In this document: in pieces, positions 49,742 to 59,139 of the stretch
Layout: every line of letters starts with the position of its first letter
How positions within the stretch are numbered: the first letter of the stretch is position 1
NCBI GenBank assembly: GCA_965231825.1
Contig: OZ246889.1
Span: forward strand, 4,601,762-4,665,761
Reading direction: 5' to 3'
Source: Acidobacteriota bacterium
GTDB lineage: Bacteria; Acidobacteriota; UBA6911; RPQK01; JAJDTT01
DNA: 64,000 bases
Translations under genes and position numbers: made by a program
The notes under the pieces: generated by a model
Told to the model about the DNA's origin: nothing
Databases searched by the model: none
The model's input: only the letters and a program-made list of their open reading frames with translations

Positions 49742-51412
49742 TCACGACCCTTCCGGGTAGCTGATCTCCAAGAAGATCTGGTGGACCATGACCGGGTCCT
49801 GGTCGGGCTGGATGACATTCTTGACTCGGCCGAAGGCCTGCTTGAGGAACTCGGCAGGATCGGCGTTGGGGGGCCCGATCAGACCCGCAAACGGGCCGGC
49901 GGCGGGGACGTTGGTGACCAGACTCACCTCATTCATTCCGTTACGAGCCACACCCGCCGGGATCTGGAAGTGGAACCAGTCCCTGTCCCGCTCGGGCTCG
50001 GCCATCAGGGTGTGGTTGAGACGAGCCCAGAGAGCGGTCCCCTTTCCGGCATTGGCCGTGTAGACGCTCAGACGCAGGCTGGCCTGCGGATCTTCGGCAG
50101 CGGGACCCAGATGGAGCCGGATCTTCCGTTCCACCCGGTCCAGAATTATGGGCAAGAGCGCCGGCTCGGAACCGTGATAGAACGGCCCCCCGCTATGCGC
50201 CGTCGGGTTGATGGCGTAGACCTTGTCCTTGCCGGCCATGGTCTCGGGCGCTCCCAACTCGCTCAGCACCCCCTCGAACTCCTCCTCGGTCAGCCGTTGC
50301 GTAGGTTCATGCCTGAAGTTGAACAGGTAGATCCCGTCGGCGCCCTGGTCCAAGTAGTAGTCCGCATACGCCCGCATTCCCTCGCGAAACAGAGTCTTAC
50401 CCCGCAGAGTCTCCCAAGCCCCGGCGCGCATGGTGTTGGGATTGATGGAGGGATAGACCTGCACCCCCGTCTCCCCGGCCAGGCGCACCCATTGGCCGAT
50501 GGCCAACTGGTCGGGCATGTAGCCCAGGCCCACCAGCAGCACGTCCACCAGCCCCTCCCGGGCCCAGGCTTCCACGTCCAGACCGATCTCCAGGTTGGTC
50601 TCCAGCGAATCCATCACGTGGACCGCCAGGGTGTAGGGCCGCCCCCGCTCGTCCCCGATAGCGTTCAGCCGCTCCCGGATCTGCCGCATCAGGTCCGTCA
50701 TCAGGTGGGCCTTCTGCCGTCCCTGTCCCATGGGGAAGTGGATCCCCATGCGGTTGAAGTCCAGCTCGTAGCCGTCGAAGTCGTGTCTGGCGGCGGTCTT
50801 GGCGATGTAGTCGAGACGGTGCTGCCGGACCTCCGGATGGGTGTAGTCGAGCGACACCCAGAGGCGCTGCTCGGTCAGCTCGGAAGGGAGCTGGCGGTCC
50901 GTCAGCGGCGCCATCAGGTACTCTGGATGTTGCGTCTTGAAGACGTCGTCCAATTCCTCCAGGGTCCGGGACCGGAAGGCCGCGTGAAGATCGCTCATGC
51001 GCACGGACCCCCAGACCTCCAAACCCTGTTCATGGCAGGCCCGGATGACGATGTCGTTCACCTGCTCGTAGGAATCGAAACAGTCCCAGAGCAGATCCGT
51101 TGGAATATTCCAAGGCGGCTCGGCCCCGTTTCCGATGTGCCACAGGTAGGTGTCCACCTGGGTGCCCTTGACCATGCGCACGCTGGCGTCCAGGAAATCG
51201 TCGTGGGTTTTGATGTCGTAGATGAGGCTCATGTACGGCTCCACCTTGCCCCGGTCCAGGTAGCTGTGCGACTGGATGGCGGCGGAGTCGTAGTAGAGGA
51301 TCCGCCGCTCCTTCTTCGGCTCGCCTTTCAAAGCGACGTCCGGCGTCTGGGAAGGACTGCCGCAGGAGAGGACGCCCCACAGGAGCGCCAGGAGGAATCC
51401 GTGTCTTTTCAT
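49742..51412 (-). CDS. Lipoprotein, glycoside-hydrolase-like TIM barrel (GHL10-like)
   Basis: Lipobox VLSC; SVRMSD.H, LDYTHPEVR, DFDGYELDF, GADGIYLFN. Confidence 0.7.
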   Translation of the reverse strand: MKRHGFLLALLWGVLSCGSPSQTPDVALKGEPKKERRILYYDSAAIQSHSYLDRGKVEPYMSLIYDIKTHDDFLDASVRMVKGTQVDTYLWHIGNGAEPPWNIPTDLLWDCFDSYEQVNDIVIRACHEQGLEVWGSVRMSDLHAAFRSRTLEELDDVFKTQHPEYLMAPLTDRQLPSELTEQRLWVSLDYTHPEVRQHRLDYIAKTAARHDFDGYELDFNRMGIHFPMGQGRQKAHLMTDLMRQIRERLNAIGDERGRPYTLAVHVMDSLETNLEIGLDVEAWAREGLVDVLLVGLGYMPDQLAIGQWVRLAGETGVQVYPSINPNTMRAGAWETLRGKTLFREGMRAYADYYLDQGADGIYLFNFRHEPTQRLTEEEFEGVLSELGAPETMAGKDKVYAINPTAHSGGPFYHGSEPALLPIILDRVERKIRLHLGPAAEDPQASLRLSVYTANAGKGTALWARLNHTLMAEPERDRDWFHFQIPAGVARNGMNEVSLVTNVPAAGPFAGLIGPPNADPAEFLKQAFGRVKNVIQPDQDPVMVHQIFLEISYPEGS

Positions 51413-51432
51413 ATCGGGCACTGTGGTCCGCG

Positions 51433-52938
51433 TCAGTGGAAGCGGATGGAGTAGAGGTCGGCGTCCTTCAGGACCACGCGCATCCGCACCGCCTTGCCGG
51501 AGAGCGAACTCAGGTCGGAGCCTCCCTTCCAGGCGACGGTCCGCTCGATCTGGTCGCCGATGATCTCAGGACACTCATCCAGCGTGAATCCGGGAATCGG
51601 CTGTCCCTTGGGGTCCTGCAGCTCGATCCGGATGCCGCCGGCCGCGCTGGTGGCGTAGTTGATCTCCAGCCGGCTTCCCTTGAAGCGCAACGGTTTGGTG
51701 ACCATCTCGCCCCCCTCGTAGGGCGCGTTCAGGCTGGCGAAGCCGTCCAGGCGCAGGGTCATCCGTTCCAGGAACGCCGAGTCTTCCTGACCATAGTTCC
51801 GCTGCATGTAGAACGACATCTCGCCGTCACCGGTGGGGACGATGCCGCAGGCCGGATAGTTGGTCCGGGTCGTCCAGTTGTTGACGCCGATTCCGGGCCG
51901 GACGAAGCTCTCCCGGAAGGCGAAGTCGTAGACCGTGGAGCCGGCCCGGGTGGTGAGCAGGACGGCATCGGAGTGGTCCCCCGTCCCCGCGGTGCCCATC
52001 AGGGGCATTTTCTCCTTGACGAAGTCCCGGAGCTCGGGCGAGATGATGCGTTGGCGCCCCCGTGCCAGCTCCTTGTCCTCCTCGCGCTTGATGTGCCGCG
52101 GGTCGGCAAAGATGATCCGGGCCGGCAGCGAAATGTAGATGTGGGGCGCCCGGAAATAGGGCTGGGTCTGGTTGGTGTAGAGGTGGTGCGAGGGAGTCGT
52201 CGTGCCGGTGTCGCTGTAGCTCATGAGGACTTGTGGAGTCCAGTTGATGAAATCCTTGGAGGTGGACCGCGCCGTGGCGCGCCGTCCCCCCTCCATGTGC
52301 CGGGCGTAGACCACGTACTGATCTTCGGCCTCCGACCAGAACGCGACGTTCTGCGAGTCGAAGTGGTTGATCAGGACCTTGGGCACGATGGGCTCGTCCC
52401 GGAGCATTCGCCAGCGGAGGCCGTCGCCGGAAAGGAAACCCACCAGGGCGTTGGGCTCGACCGGCCCCCGCGAAACCCCTTTGTATCGCTCCGAAGCAGG
52501 GACGCCGGGCCGGCGGTCGACGAAGGCGACGAACTGGCGCGCCTCGTTCAGGATCACATGGTTTTGAGAGGAGCCGTCGATGGAGACCAGTCCCAGATCG
52601 GGCTTGGTCCAAGTGATGCCGTCGCGGCTCTCGGCGTAGCAGGTGGTCTTCCTCTCGAAGAGCGCACCCCGGTAGTACATGCGGTAGACGTCGCCGTCCT
52701 TGAAGATGGTGGTGTAGAAGGCGGTGGAGTCTTCCACGGGAGTGTCGTAGCGGATGGCCACCCCGCCCGGCAGCGGTGTGCCCAGCCGCAGACTCGCTCC
52801 CACGAGCCGGTCGACCAGCAGATGATCCACGAATAGCTCGCGGCGCGAGCCGATGTCCACCGCGTCGGCGGCCAGGGCCGCGGGTGCGGACAAGAGGACG
52901 GCCAGGGCCAGGATCGCGGGAAAACGGATGAGTCTCAT
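51433..52938 (-). CDS. Secreted glycoside-hydrolase-like beta-propeller protein
   Basis: Signal peptide; RRELFVD, YAESRDG..W.KP, FDSQN, LRLDGFASL, ADLYS; GGAGG RBS. Confidence 0.7.
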   Translation of the reverse strand: MRLIRFPAILALAVLLSAPAALAADAVDIGSRRELFVDHLLVDRLVGASLRLGTPLPGGVAIRYDTPVEDSTAFYTTIFKDGDVYRMYYRGALFERKTTCYAESRDGITWTKPDLGLVSIDGSSQNHVILNEARQFVAFVDRRPGVPASERYKGVSRGPVEPNALVGFLSGDGLRWRMLRDEPIVPKVLINHFDSQNVAFWSEAEDQYVVYARHMEGGRRATARSTSKDFINWTPQVLMSYSDTGTTTPSHHLYTNQTQPYFRAPHIYISLPARIIFADPRHIKREEDKELARGRQRIISPELRDFVKEKMPLMGTAGTGDHSDAVLLTTRAGSTVYDFAFRESFVRPGIGVNNWTTRTNYPACGIVPTGDGEMSFYMQRNYGQEDSAFLERMTLRLDGFASLNAPYEGGEMVTKPLRFKGSRLEINYATSAAGGIRIELQDPKGQPIPGFTLDECPEIIGDQIERTVAWKGGSDLSSLSGKAVRMRVVLKDADLYSIRFH

Positions 52939-53024
52939 GACGATGTTCCTCCAGGAGGCGTTCCGGGACGCCTGGGTCGCCGGCGGCGGGCCGTTTGGCC
53001 CGATCGGCCTGTTTTGACGGTTTT

Positions 53025-54110
53025 CTACAATGCCCCGGCCACCAGGTCGCCGACTTGGCTCGTGGTGTAACCCATGCGGCCGGCGGACATGCTTTTCATT
53101 TTGGGGGTGGTGCGGCCGATGGCCTTGTCCACCCTCGTCCCGGCGCGAACCAGGTTGGGGAGGTCCTTCTGGTCTCCCAGCACGCTCAGCAGCATGCCCA
53201 TGGCTCCGATGGCGGCGATGGGGTTGATGACGTTCTGGCCCGTGTACTTGGGCGCCGAGCCGCCCATGCACTCGAACATGCTGCAGCCGCCCGGCTCCGG
53301 GTTGATGTTGCCGCCGGCGGCGACGCCCAGGCCCCCCTGAATCATGGCGCCCAGGTCGGTGATGATGTCCCCGAACATGTTGGGGACCACGATGGTGTCG
53401 TAGTACTCGGGGTTCTTGACGAACCACATGCAGGCGGCGTCGATGTGGTTGTAGTCGCGGTTGACCTGGGGGAATTCGGCTTCTCCCATGGCGTGGAAGG
53501 CCCGTTCCCAGAGGTCGGCGGCGTAGGTCAGGACGTTGGTCTTTTGGACCAGGGTGAGGCGCAGGCGGTCCTGACGGCTGATGCAGTGCTTGAAGGCCCA
53601 GCGCAGGCAGCGGTCGATGCCGTAGCGGGTGGCGATCATTTCCTGCGTGGCCACCTCGTGGGGGGTATTCTTGCGCAGGTAGCCGCCGGCGCCGCAGTAG
53701 AGGTCTTCGGTGTTTTCCCGGACGACGTCGAAGCGGATGTGTTCGGGACCCTTGTCTTTCAGGGGGCAATCCACGCCGGGGTAGAGGCGGACGGGACGGA
53801 AGTTGATGTACTGGTCGAGTTGGAAGCGGATGGTGAGGAGGAGGCCCTTTTCCAGGAGGCCGGGGGTGACGCCCGGGTGTCCGATGGCGCCCAGGTAGAT
53901 GGCGTCGAACTGGCCCAGCTCGTCGATCTGGGCTTCGGTGATGATCTCGCCGGTGGCGAGATAGCGGTCGCCGCCGTAGTCGAAATCGGTCCGCTCGTAG
54001 CGGACGTTCTCCAGAGGGGCGACGGCCTCCAGGACTTTAAGGGCTTCGTCGGTGACTTCGGGGCCGGTTCCGTCGCCGGGGATGACTGCGAGTTTTAACG
54101 TGTCGGTCAT
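53025..54110 (-). CDS. leuB: 3-isopropylmalate dehydrogenase
   Basis: IPGDGTGPEV, VVRENTE..Y, KTNV, NMFGDIITD, GSAP. Confidence 0.85.
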   Translation of the reverse strand: MTDTLKLAVIPGDGTGPEVTDEALKVLEAVAPLENVRYERTDFDYGGDRYLATGEIITEAQIDELGQFDAIYLGAIGHPGVTPGLLEKGLLLTIRFQLDQYINFRPVRLYPGVDCPLKDKGPEHIRFDVVRENTEDLYCGAGGYLRKNTPHEVATQEMIATRYGIDRCLRWAFKHCISRQDRLRLTLVQKTNVLTYAADLWERAFHAMGEAEFPQVNRDYNHIDAACMWFVKNPEYYDTIVVPNMFGDIITDLGAMIQGGLGVAAGGNINPEPGGCSMFECMGGSAPKYTGQNVINPIAAIGAMGMLLSVLGDQKDLPNLVRAGTRVDKAIGRTTPKMKSMSAGRMGYTTSQVGDLVAGAL

Positions 54111-54282
54111 GGGTTCGCACCTGTCTGAGTCATGAGTGGATGAACGGCGCCGGAACGGCCGGGGCCATGGGACGCCGGGATTATACTGGCGGGCGTCTGG
54201 TGGCTGCAAAGGTTGGGGGGATGGCAGACCCCATGTGTGGTTGCCGGCCACCCGATCGTTCGGAAACAAAGAAGAAGAAGAC

Positions 54283-54542
54283 GGGGGGGACAGGAATGTT
54301 CCCCCTCCTATTCGCCGCTCGTTTGGAGGGGCGTCATTCTTGGCGCCCTCTTTCGAGCTTTGAGTGTACTCGAAGCTCGGCGGCTCGACGTCTTGGCCTA
54401 TTGCTTGGGAGGGAAGGTCGGCCCGTTTGCTCTCTCTCGCGCCGTACGGGGAGGCCGAACTGAGGAAGGGAGAGACGATGCGTCCGCTCGGTTTTTCTTG
54501 AATTCGAGGTCGCAAGACGGCGCCAAGAATGACGCCCCTCCA
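54283..54542. repeat. REP/REPIN-like cluster
   Basis: Palindrome at 54283-54310; perfect 24-bp inverted pair TGGAGGGGCGTCATTCTTGGCGCC at 54324-54347 and 54519-54542. Confidence 0.75.
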
Positions 54543-54562
54543 CGTCGTCGCTCCTGGGAGGC

Positions 54563-55024
54563 TCAGGTGGAGGGTGGGGACTTCTGTTCTTCAAGCGAGT
54601 AGCGGTAGAGGTTGGTTACCCTCAGTGAGAATCCGAGGCGACGGTAGAGGCGGTTGGCGGCTTTTCGTGCGGACCGGGAGGTGAGGTCGACGTTGCGGGC
54701 GCTTGCGGATTGGGATCGCTTTATGGCCTCACGGCAGAGGAGTTCGCCGACTCCTTGTCTTCGAGCCGATGCATCCACGACCACATCCTCGATCCAGGCT
54801 CTTACGCCGGTGGGAATGCGGTAGATGATTAGGGTCAGGGTGCCGACGATGCGGTCTGCCTGGTTCGGGTCGCATGCGATGAGTAGTTGGGCGGCGCGGC
54901 TGGCCACCAGGTTCTCCAGGTGATCGGCGGTGGGGATCGTCGCCGAAGTGGAGAGCTGTGGGATCAGCCGGCTGATGGACTCGACGAGGTCTGGGGTGAC
55001 GGCCGTGACTTCGACGATTTTCAT
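54563..55024 (-). CDS. GNAT N-acetyltransferase
   Basis: WIEDVVVD..ARRQGVG, R.AANRLY..LGF. Confidence 0.88.
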   Translation of the reverse strand: MKIVEVTAVTPDLVESISRLIPQLSTSATIPTADHLENLVASRAAQLLIACDPNQADRIVGTLTLIIYRIPTGVRAWIEDVVVDASARRQGVGELLCREAIKRSQSASARNVDLTSRSARKAANRLYRRLGFSLRVTNLYRYSLEEQKSPPST

Positions 55025-55085
55025 TCGGAGGCGTTCGCGAAAAGGAGCGGCAGCGCAGATTTGCCGTTCTGACGGCGGGACAACT

Positions 55086-55853
55086 TCAATTGGAGTCTTG
55101 CCCGAAACCCCGGACCACGTAGGTGCCGCTTCGTGCGTCTTCCCCCAGAACCACCAGGTTGAATTTGGCGGCGTCCTCCAGGAGGGCCGAAAAGGTCCGG
55201 TAGCCGAACCGGGATTCGTTGAAGGCGGGCTGCTTCCGCTTCATGGTCTGCTTGACCATGGAGGAGTAGATCACTTCCTTGTTTTCGCGCATCAGCGCCA
55301 GGATCGACTCGATCAGCAGTTGAAAGGCGGGGCGTTTATCTTTGGCGATACGGGTGTTCAGGCGAGGCGGCTTGGTGGCGATCTGGTCCAGCTCCTCGTA
55401 GAAGATGAACTCGTCGCAGTTGTCCACCAGCATCTGGGAGGTGCTGCCCTGGGCTCCCAGTCCGATGACGTGCTTGCCGTTCTCCTTCAGCTTGGAAGCC
55501 AGAGGAGAGAAGTCGCTGTCTCCGGACAGGATGACGAAGGTGTCGATGTGTTCCTTGGAGAAGCACAGGTCCATGGCGTCCACGCAGAGCCGGATGTCGG
55601 CGGAGTTCTTGCCCGTCCTGCTCCGCTTGGGGATATCGATCATTTCGAAGGCGGATTCGTGCAACTCCTGTTTGTATTCGGAGAAGCGCGACCAGTCGGC
55701 ATAGGCTTCCTTGACCAGGATCTTCCCCTTCTCCACCAGTCGCTCCAAGACCTTGTCGATGCGGAACCGGGTTCGGTTCCGACCCTTCTCCATTCCCAGA
55801 GCCAGATTCTCCAGATCCAGGAAGAGGGCCAGCCGGCGTTCTATTTCGTCCAT
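55086..55853 (-). CDS. NYN (LabA/DUF88) domain protein with C-terminal OST-HTH
   Basis: FLDLEN, KNSADI, SGDSDF, CDEFIFY, F.E..FGY.TFS.LL. Confidence 0.9.
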   Translation of the reverse strand: MDEIERRLALFLDLENLALGMEKGRNRTRFRIDKVLERLVEKGKILVKEAYADWSRFSEYKQELHESAFEMIDIPKRSRTGKNSADIRLCVDAMDLCFSKEHIDTFVILSGDSDFSPLASKLKENGKHVIGLGAQGSTSQMLVDNCDEFIFYEELDQIATKPPRLNTRIAKDKRPAFQLLIESILALMRENKEVIYSSMVKQTMKRKQPAFNESRFGYRTFSALLEDAAKFNLVVLGEDARSGTYVVRGFGQDSN

Positions 55854-55979
55854 GGAGCTAAATTATCACAAAGAACTGTCTTAGCTTGATTTTCTCACGG
55901 CGGCGGACGAAAAATCCGGAGTGGACGGGGCCGCGGAAATACGGGATATTACACGTCCGGGTCCGAGCGGCCCGTCGGC

Positions 55980-56056
<77 letters not shown>

Positions 56057-56222
56057 CTTCCTTCCTCCAGGCGGTTACCGGTTTCGAGTGGAGCGAGCCG
56101 GGCGCCGCGCCAACATCGACCGGATGCGCGCTTCCAAGTCCGACGCCTCATAGTCGCTGGGAACCTCCAGGAGTTCGATGCCCGCTTTCCGGAGCGCCAG
56201 TTTTTCTCGGAATTGATGCAAT

Positions 56223-56282
56223 GGGGACCGGCGCCTGGAAAGACGCCGGTCCCAGTCGGCGACAGGGATGTCGCCGCTCCCA
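56223..56282. terminator. Two stem-loops between convergent tRNA and TonB genes (terminator or REP)
   Basis: GGGACCGGCG..CGCCGGTCCC and CGGCGACA..TGTCGCCG. Confidence 0.5.
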
Positions 56283-56288
56283 AAGGGA

Positions 56289-58967
56289 TCAGAAGAACCG
56301 GAGGATGTAGGTCAACCTGACGCCGCGGCCGATCTCGGGGGCCAGGTCCTTGATGAAGGACGAGTGGTTCCGATAGAAACGGTCGCCGATGTTGAAGACA
56401 TTCACAGCGAATTGGTGCGCCACGTGTTGCTGGGCGTAGGTGTAGGAGGCCTTCAGGTTTACGACACCGTATCCGGGAGTCCGGGTCTCGTCGGTGAAGG
56501 TCTGATTCTGCTCGCTGGCCACGACCAACTCCGGGTGAATCCGGAGTTTCCCGAGGTTGAAGTCCAATCCGATTTTGCCGCGAAGGGGCGGGATTCTGGG
56601 CAAGGGGGTGTCGGTATTCGTGTCCTGGGCGTCGACGCGATCCATTCCGAGATCGAGCCAGAGCATCCGGTTCAGCCGGAAACCCAAATTCGCTTCCGCC
56701 CCCACGTACCGGGCATCTCGCTGGGTGAATTCGATGACCTGCAGGCCGCTCTGTTGGTGCCCTGGCGCGAAGGGGAAGACGAAGTTCCGGAACCCGTAGT
56801 AGAAGAAGTTCAGGCTGCCGGTGACCTGTTCAGCTTCGTGGCGCAGCGACAGCTCAATGCCGTCGCCGGTCTCGGCGTCCATCCTCGGATCTCCGATCTC
56901 GAACGCGAGGCTCCCGGCGTGCGGGCCGTAGTTGTAGAGCTCTTCCAAAGAGGGGGCCCGGTAGGAATGGGAGTAATTCGCGACAAATGCCCCGCCCCGC
57001 CACGTGTCGGCATGGATGCCGACTGAGGCGGAAGCTCCGGTGAACGTCCTGTCGACGGCATCGGGGACCTCCTCTTCGTGGTCCTCGTGATCGTCCTCTT
57101 CTTCGTGTCCGTGGCCGTTGCCGGCACTGGGTGCGGCGAGGCCCGGATGATACCGCTGACTCTCCAGACGTCCCCCGAACTGGAGCTTGTAGGCCTCGAA
57201 ATCCAGCACCTGCATGGTGAAAAGGGCGAACCCGTTCTGATCGATCGGCGGTGACAGCGCTTCCTCTCCCGTAGCGGAATAGTCTCTGGCCAAACCCCAG
57301 AAGCCGAACTTTCCACTCAGCGGCCCCGCCTCCCGTTGCTCGAAAACCCCACGGTAGGTGAGCTGGGTGTTGCGGAACTCGGTGCCGACGAAATTGTCAC
57401 CGTCCGTCAGAAACTCGACCTCGTCGTGTGACCAGTCGGTGTAGCCCAGTCTCAGAACGAAGTGGTCGATGGCGCCGCCCAGGTCGTTCAGTCCCCAGTT
57501 GAAACGGTAGCCCACGCGCCGGGCGTCGACCACAATGCGATCGATCTCCTCTTCCCCGTGCCCGTGCTCGTCCTCGTCCTCGTCGTGGTCCTCATCCTCG
57601 TCGTGGTCGTGGTCCTCGTCCTCGTCGTGGTCCTCGTCCTCGTCGTGATCCTGGTCCTCGTCCTCGTCGTGATCCTCATCCTCGTCGTGGTCGTGGTCCT
57701 CGTCCTCGTCGTGGTCCTCGTCCTCGTCGTGGGCCTGGTCCTCGTCCCCGTCGTGGTCCTCATCCTCGTCGTGGTCGTGGTCCTCGTCCTCGTCGTGGTC
57801 TTCGTCCTCGTCGTGGTCCTGGTCCTCGTCCCCGTCGTGGTCCTCATCCTCGTCGTGGTCGTGGTCCTCGTCCTCGTCGTGGTCGTGGTCCTCGTCCTCG
57901 TCGTGGGCCGCGTCCTCTTCTCCGTGGTGGCCGTGGAAATCCTCGACGAAGGGGACGCCGTAAATCCCAGTGTCGTATTTGACCTCCATGCTGAAGAACA
58001 TCTTTTCGCCGTAGAATCCGAAGCCGCCGCCGCCGTTGGACATCTTGGACCGGGAGTTGTAGATGGCGCCTTGTTCGGGAGCCGTGTAGTCGCCGGTGCG
58101 CAATCCCCCGCCCCGTCCCCAGAACAACCAGTCGCCGGCCCCGAACTCGAAGCCGCCGTTGAGCCCACCCAGGGAGTTGGTGGTGCCCGCGGAGCCGGAG
58201 ATGAAGCCGCGCACTCCTTCATGCGGGTGATTGTGGACCTGGTGATGCCGGCTGATGGCATTGACCGTGCCACCCATGGCGCTTCCGCTGTAGAGCAGCG
58301 TGGCCGGACCCTTGACGACTTCCAGCCGCTCTATTTGCGCCGGGTTGATCAATTCCCCGTGATCGCCGGACTGGGAGGAAAGGGAGCCGGAACGGACCCC
58401 GTCCTCCATGATCAAGACGCGGTCACCGTCGAAACCGCGGACGATGGGCCGGGCCGGACCGGGGCCGAAACTGCGTTTGGCGATTCCGCTGCCCACTTTG
58501 TGGTCCAGCAACTCGCCGATGGTGGCATCCGCCGACTCGGCCATCTCGTATGGCCCGAGCGACTCGACACTCTGGAATGACTCGAAGACCGTTTCGTGCT
58601 CGTCGCGCGCCGTCACCGTGACTTGGTATCGCCGGGGCAAAAGCTCCAGGAAGATGTTCGCTACCGACTCCGCACCAGCCTCGACGTTCACCATGGTGGT
58701 GACCTCGGTGAACAGACTGTCCAGATGGGTGATCAGATGGTAAGTCCCGGGAGGAACGTCATCGAACCCGTAGTTTCCATCGTCGTCGGTGACGGTGCTC
58801 CGGTCCAACTCCTCGATGGATACGCTGGCATGGTGCAGAGGTAGGCCGGTGTCCCTCAGCGTAACCGTGCCCCTCAGTGAACCTTGCGATTGGGCGACTA
58901 AGACCGGCTGAAAACCCCATAGAAACAAGCCGAGCCAGACAGCCAGAAACCGGTGACCGATGCGCAT
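56289..58967 (-). CDS. TonB-dependent receptor (ZnuD-like) with His/Asp/Glu-rich insert
   Basis: FGPGPARPIVRG, DHG, EVVKGPATLLY, RIPP, C-terminal FF; GGAGG RBS. Confidence 0.9.
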   Translation of the reverse strand: MRIGHRFLAVWLGLFLWGFQPVLVAQSQGSLRGTVTLRDTGLPLHHASVSIEELDRSTVTDDDGNYGFDDVPPGTYHLITHLDSLFTEVTTMVNVEAGAESVANIFLELLPRRYQVTVTARDEHETVFESFQSVESLGPYEMAESADATIGELLDHKVGSGIAKRSFGPGPARPIVRGFDGDRVLIMEDGVRSGSLSSQSGDHGELINPAQIERLEVVKGPATLLYSGSAMGGTVNAISRHHQVHNHPHEGVRGFISGSAGTTNSLGGLNGGFEFGAGDWLFWGRGGGLRTGDYTAPEQGAIYNSRSKMSNGGGGFGFYGEKMFFSMEVKYDTGIYGVPFVEDFHGHHGEEDAAHDEDEDHDHDEDEDHDHDEDEDHDGDEDQDHDEDEDHDEDEDHDHDEDEDHDGDEDQAHDEDEDHDEDEDHDHDEDEDHDEDEDQDHDEDEDHDEDEDHDHDEDEDHDEDEDEHGHGEEEIDRIVVDARRVGYRFNWGLNDLGGAIDHFVLRLGYTDWSHDEVEFLTDGDNFVGTEFRNTQLTYRGVFEQREAGPLSGKFGFWGLARDYSATGEEALSPPIDQNGFALFTMQVLDFEAYKLQFGGRLESQRYHPGLAAPSAGNGHGHEEEDDHEDHEEEVPDAVDRTFTGASASVGIHADTWRGGAFVANYSHSYRAPSLEELYNYGPHAGSLAFEIGDPRMDAETGDGIELSLRHEAEQVTGSLNFFYYGFRNFVFPFAPGHQQSGLQVIEFTQRDARYVGAEANLGFRLNRMLWLDLGMDRVDAQDTNTDTPLPRIPPLRGKIGLDFNLGKLRIHPELVVASEQNQTFTDETRTPGYGVVNLKASYTYAQQHVAHQFAVNVFNIGDRFYRNHSSFIKDLAPEIGRGVRLTYILRFF
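57560..57910 (-). repeat. Intragenic tandem repeat encoding (HD)nEDED
   Basis: ~350 bp of TCCTCGTCGTGG-type units. Confidence 0.95.
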
Positions 58968-59139
58968 GCAAACCTCCCTGTGAACTTCACGCAATTCGAG
59001 CGGGAGTATCGGCCACGGGCCGTTCCGGGACCACAAAAAAATCGTGAAAGGGACGTAGACACCTGCGAAAGGGACCAGGGCTCCGTCGAACGGACGGAAC
59101 CGCGCAGGATAGGACCGTTCCTGCCCCGGATCGACGTTC

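Noticed and set aside
51433-54515. Extended N-termini (778-aa and 496-aa ORFs; also 37798-39588)
   Set aside because: They overlap other genes or repeats; RBS or motif evidence supports starts at 52938, 54110 and 38748.
57560-57910. Tandem repeat as a CRISPR array
   Set aside because: No unique spacers; it is an in-frame low-complexity coding repeat, and no cas genes are present.
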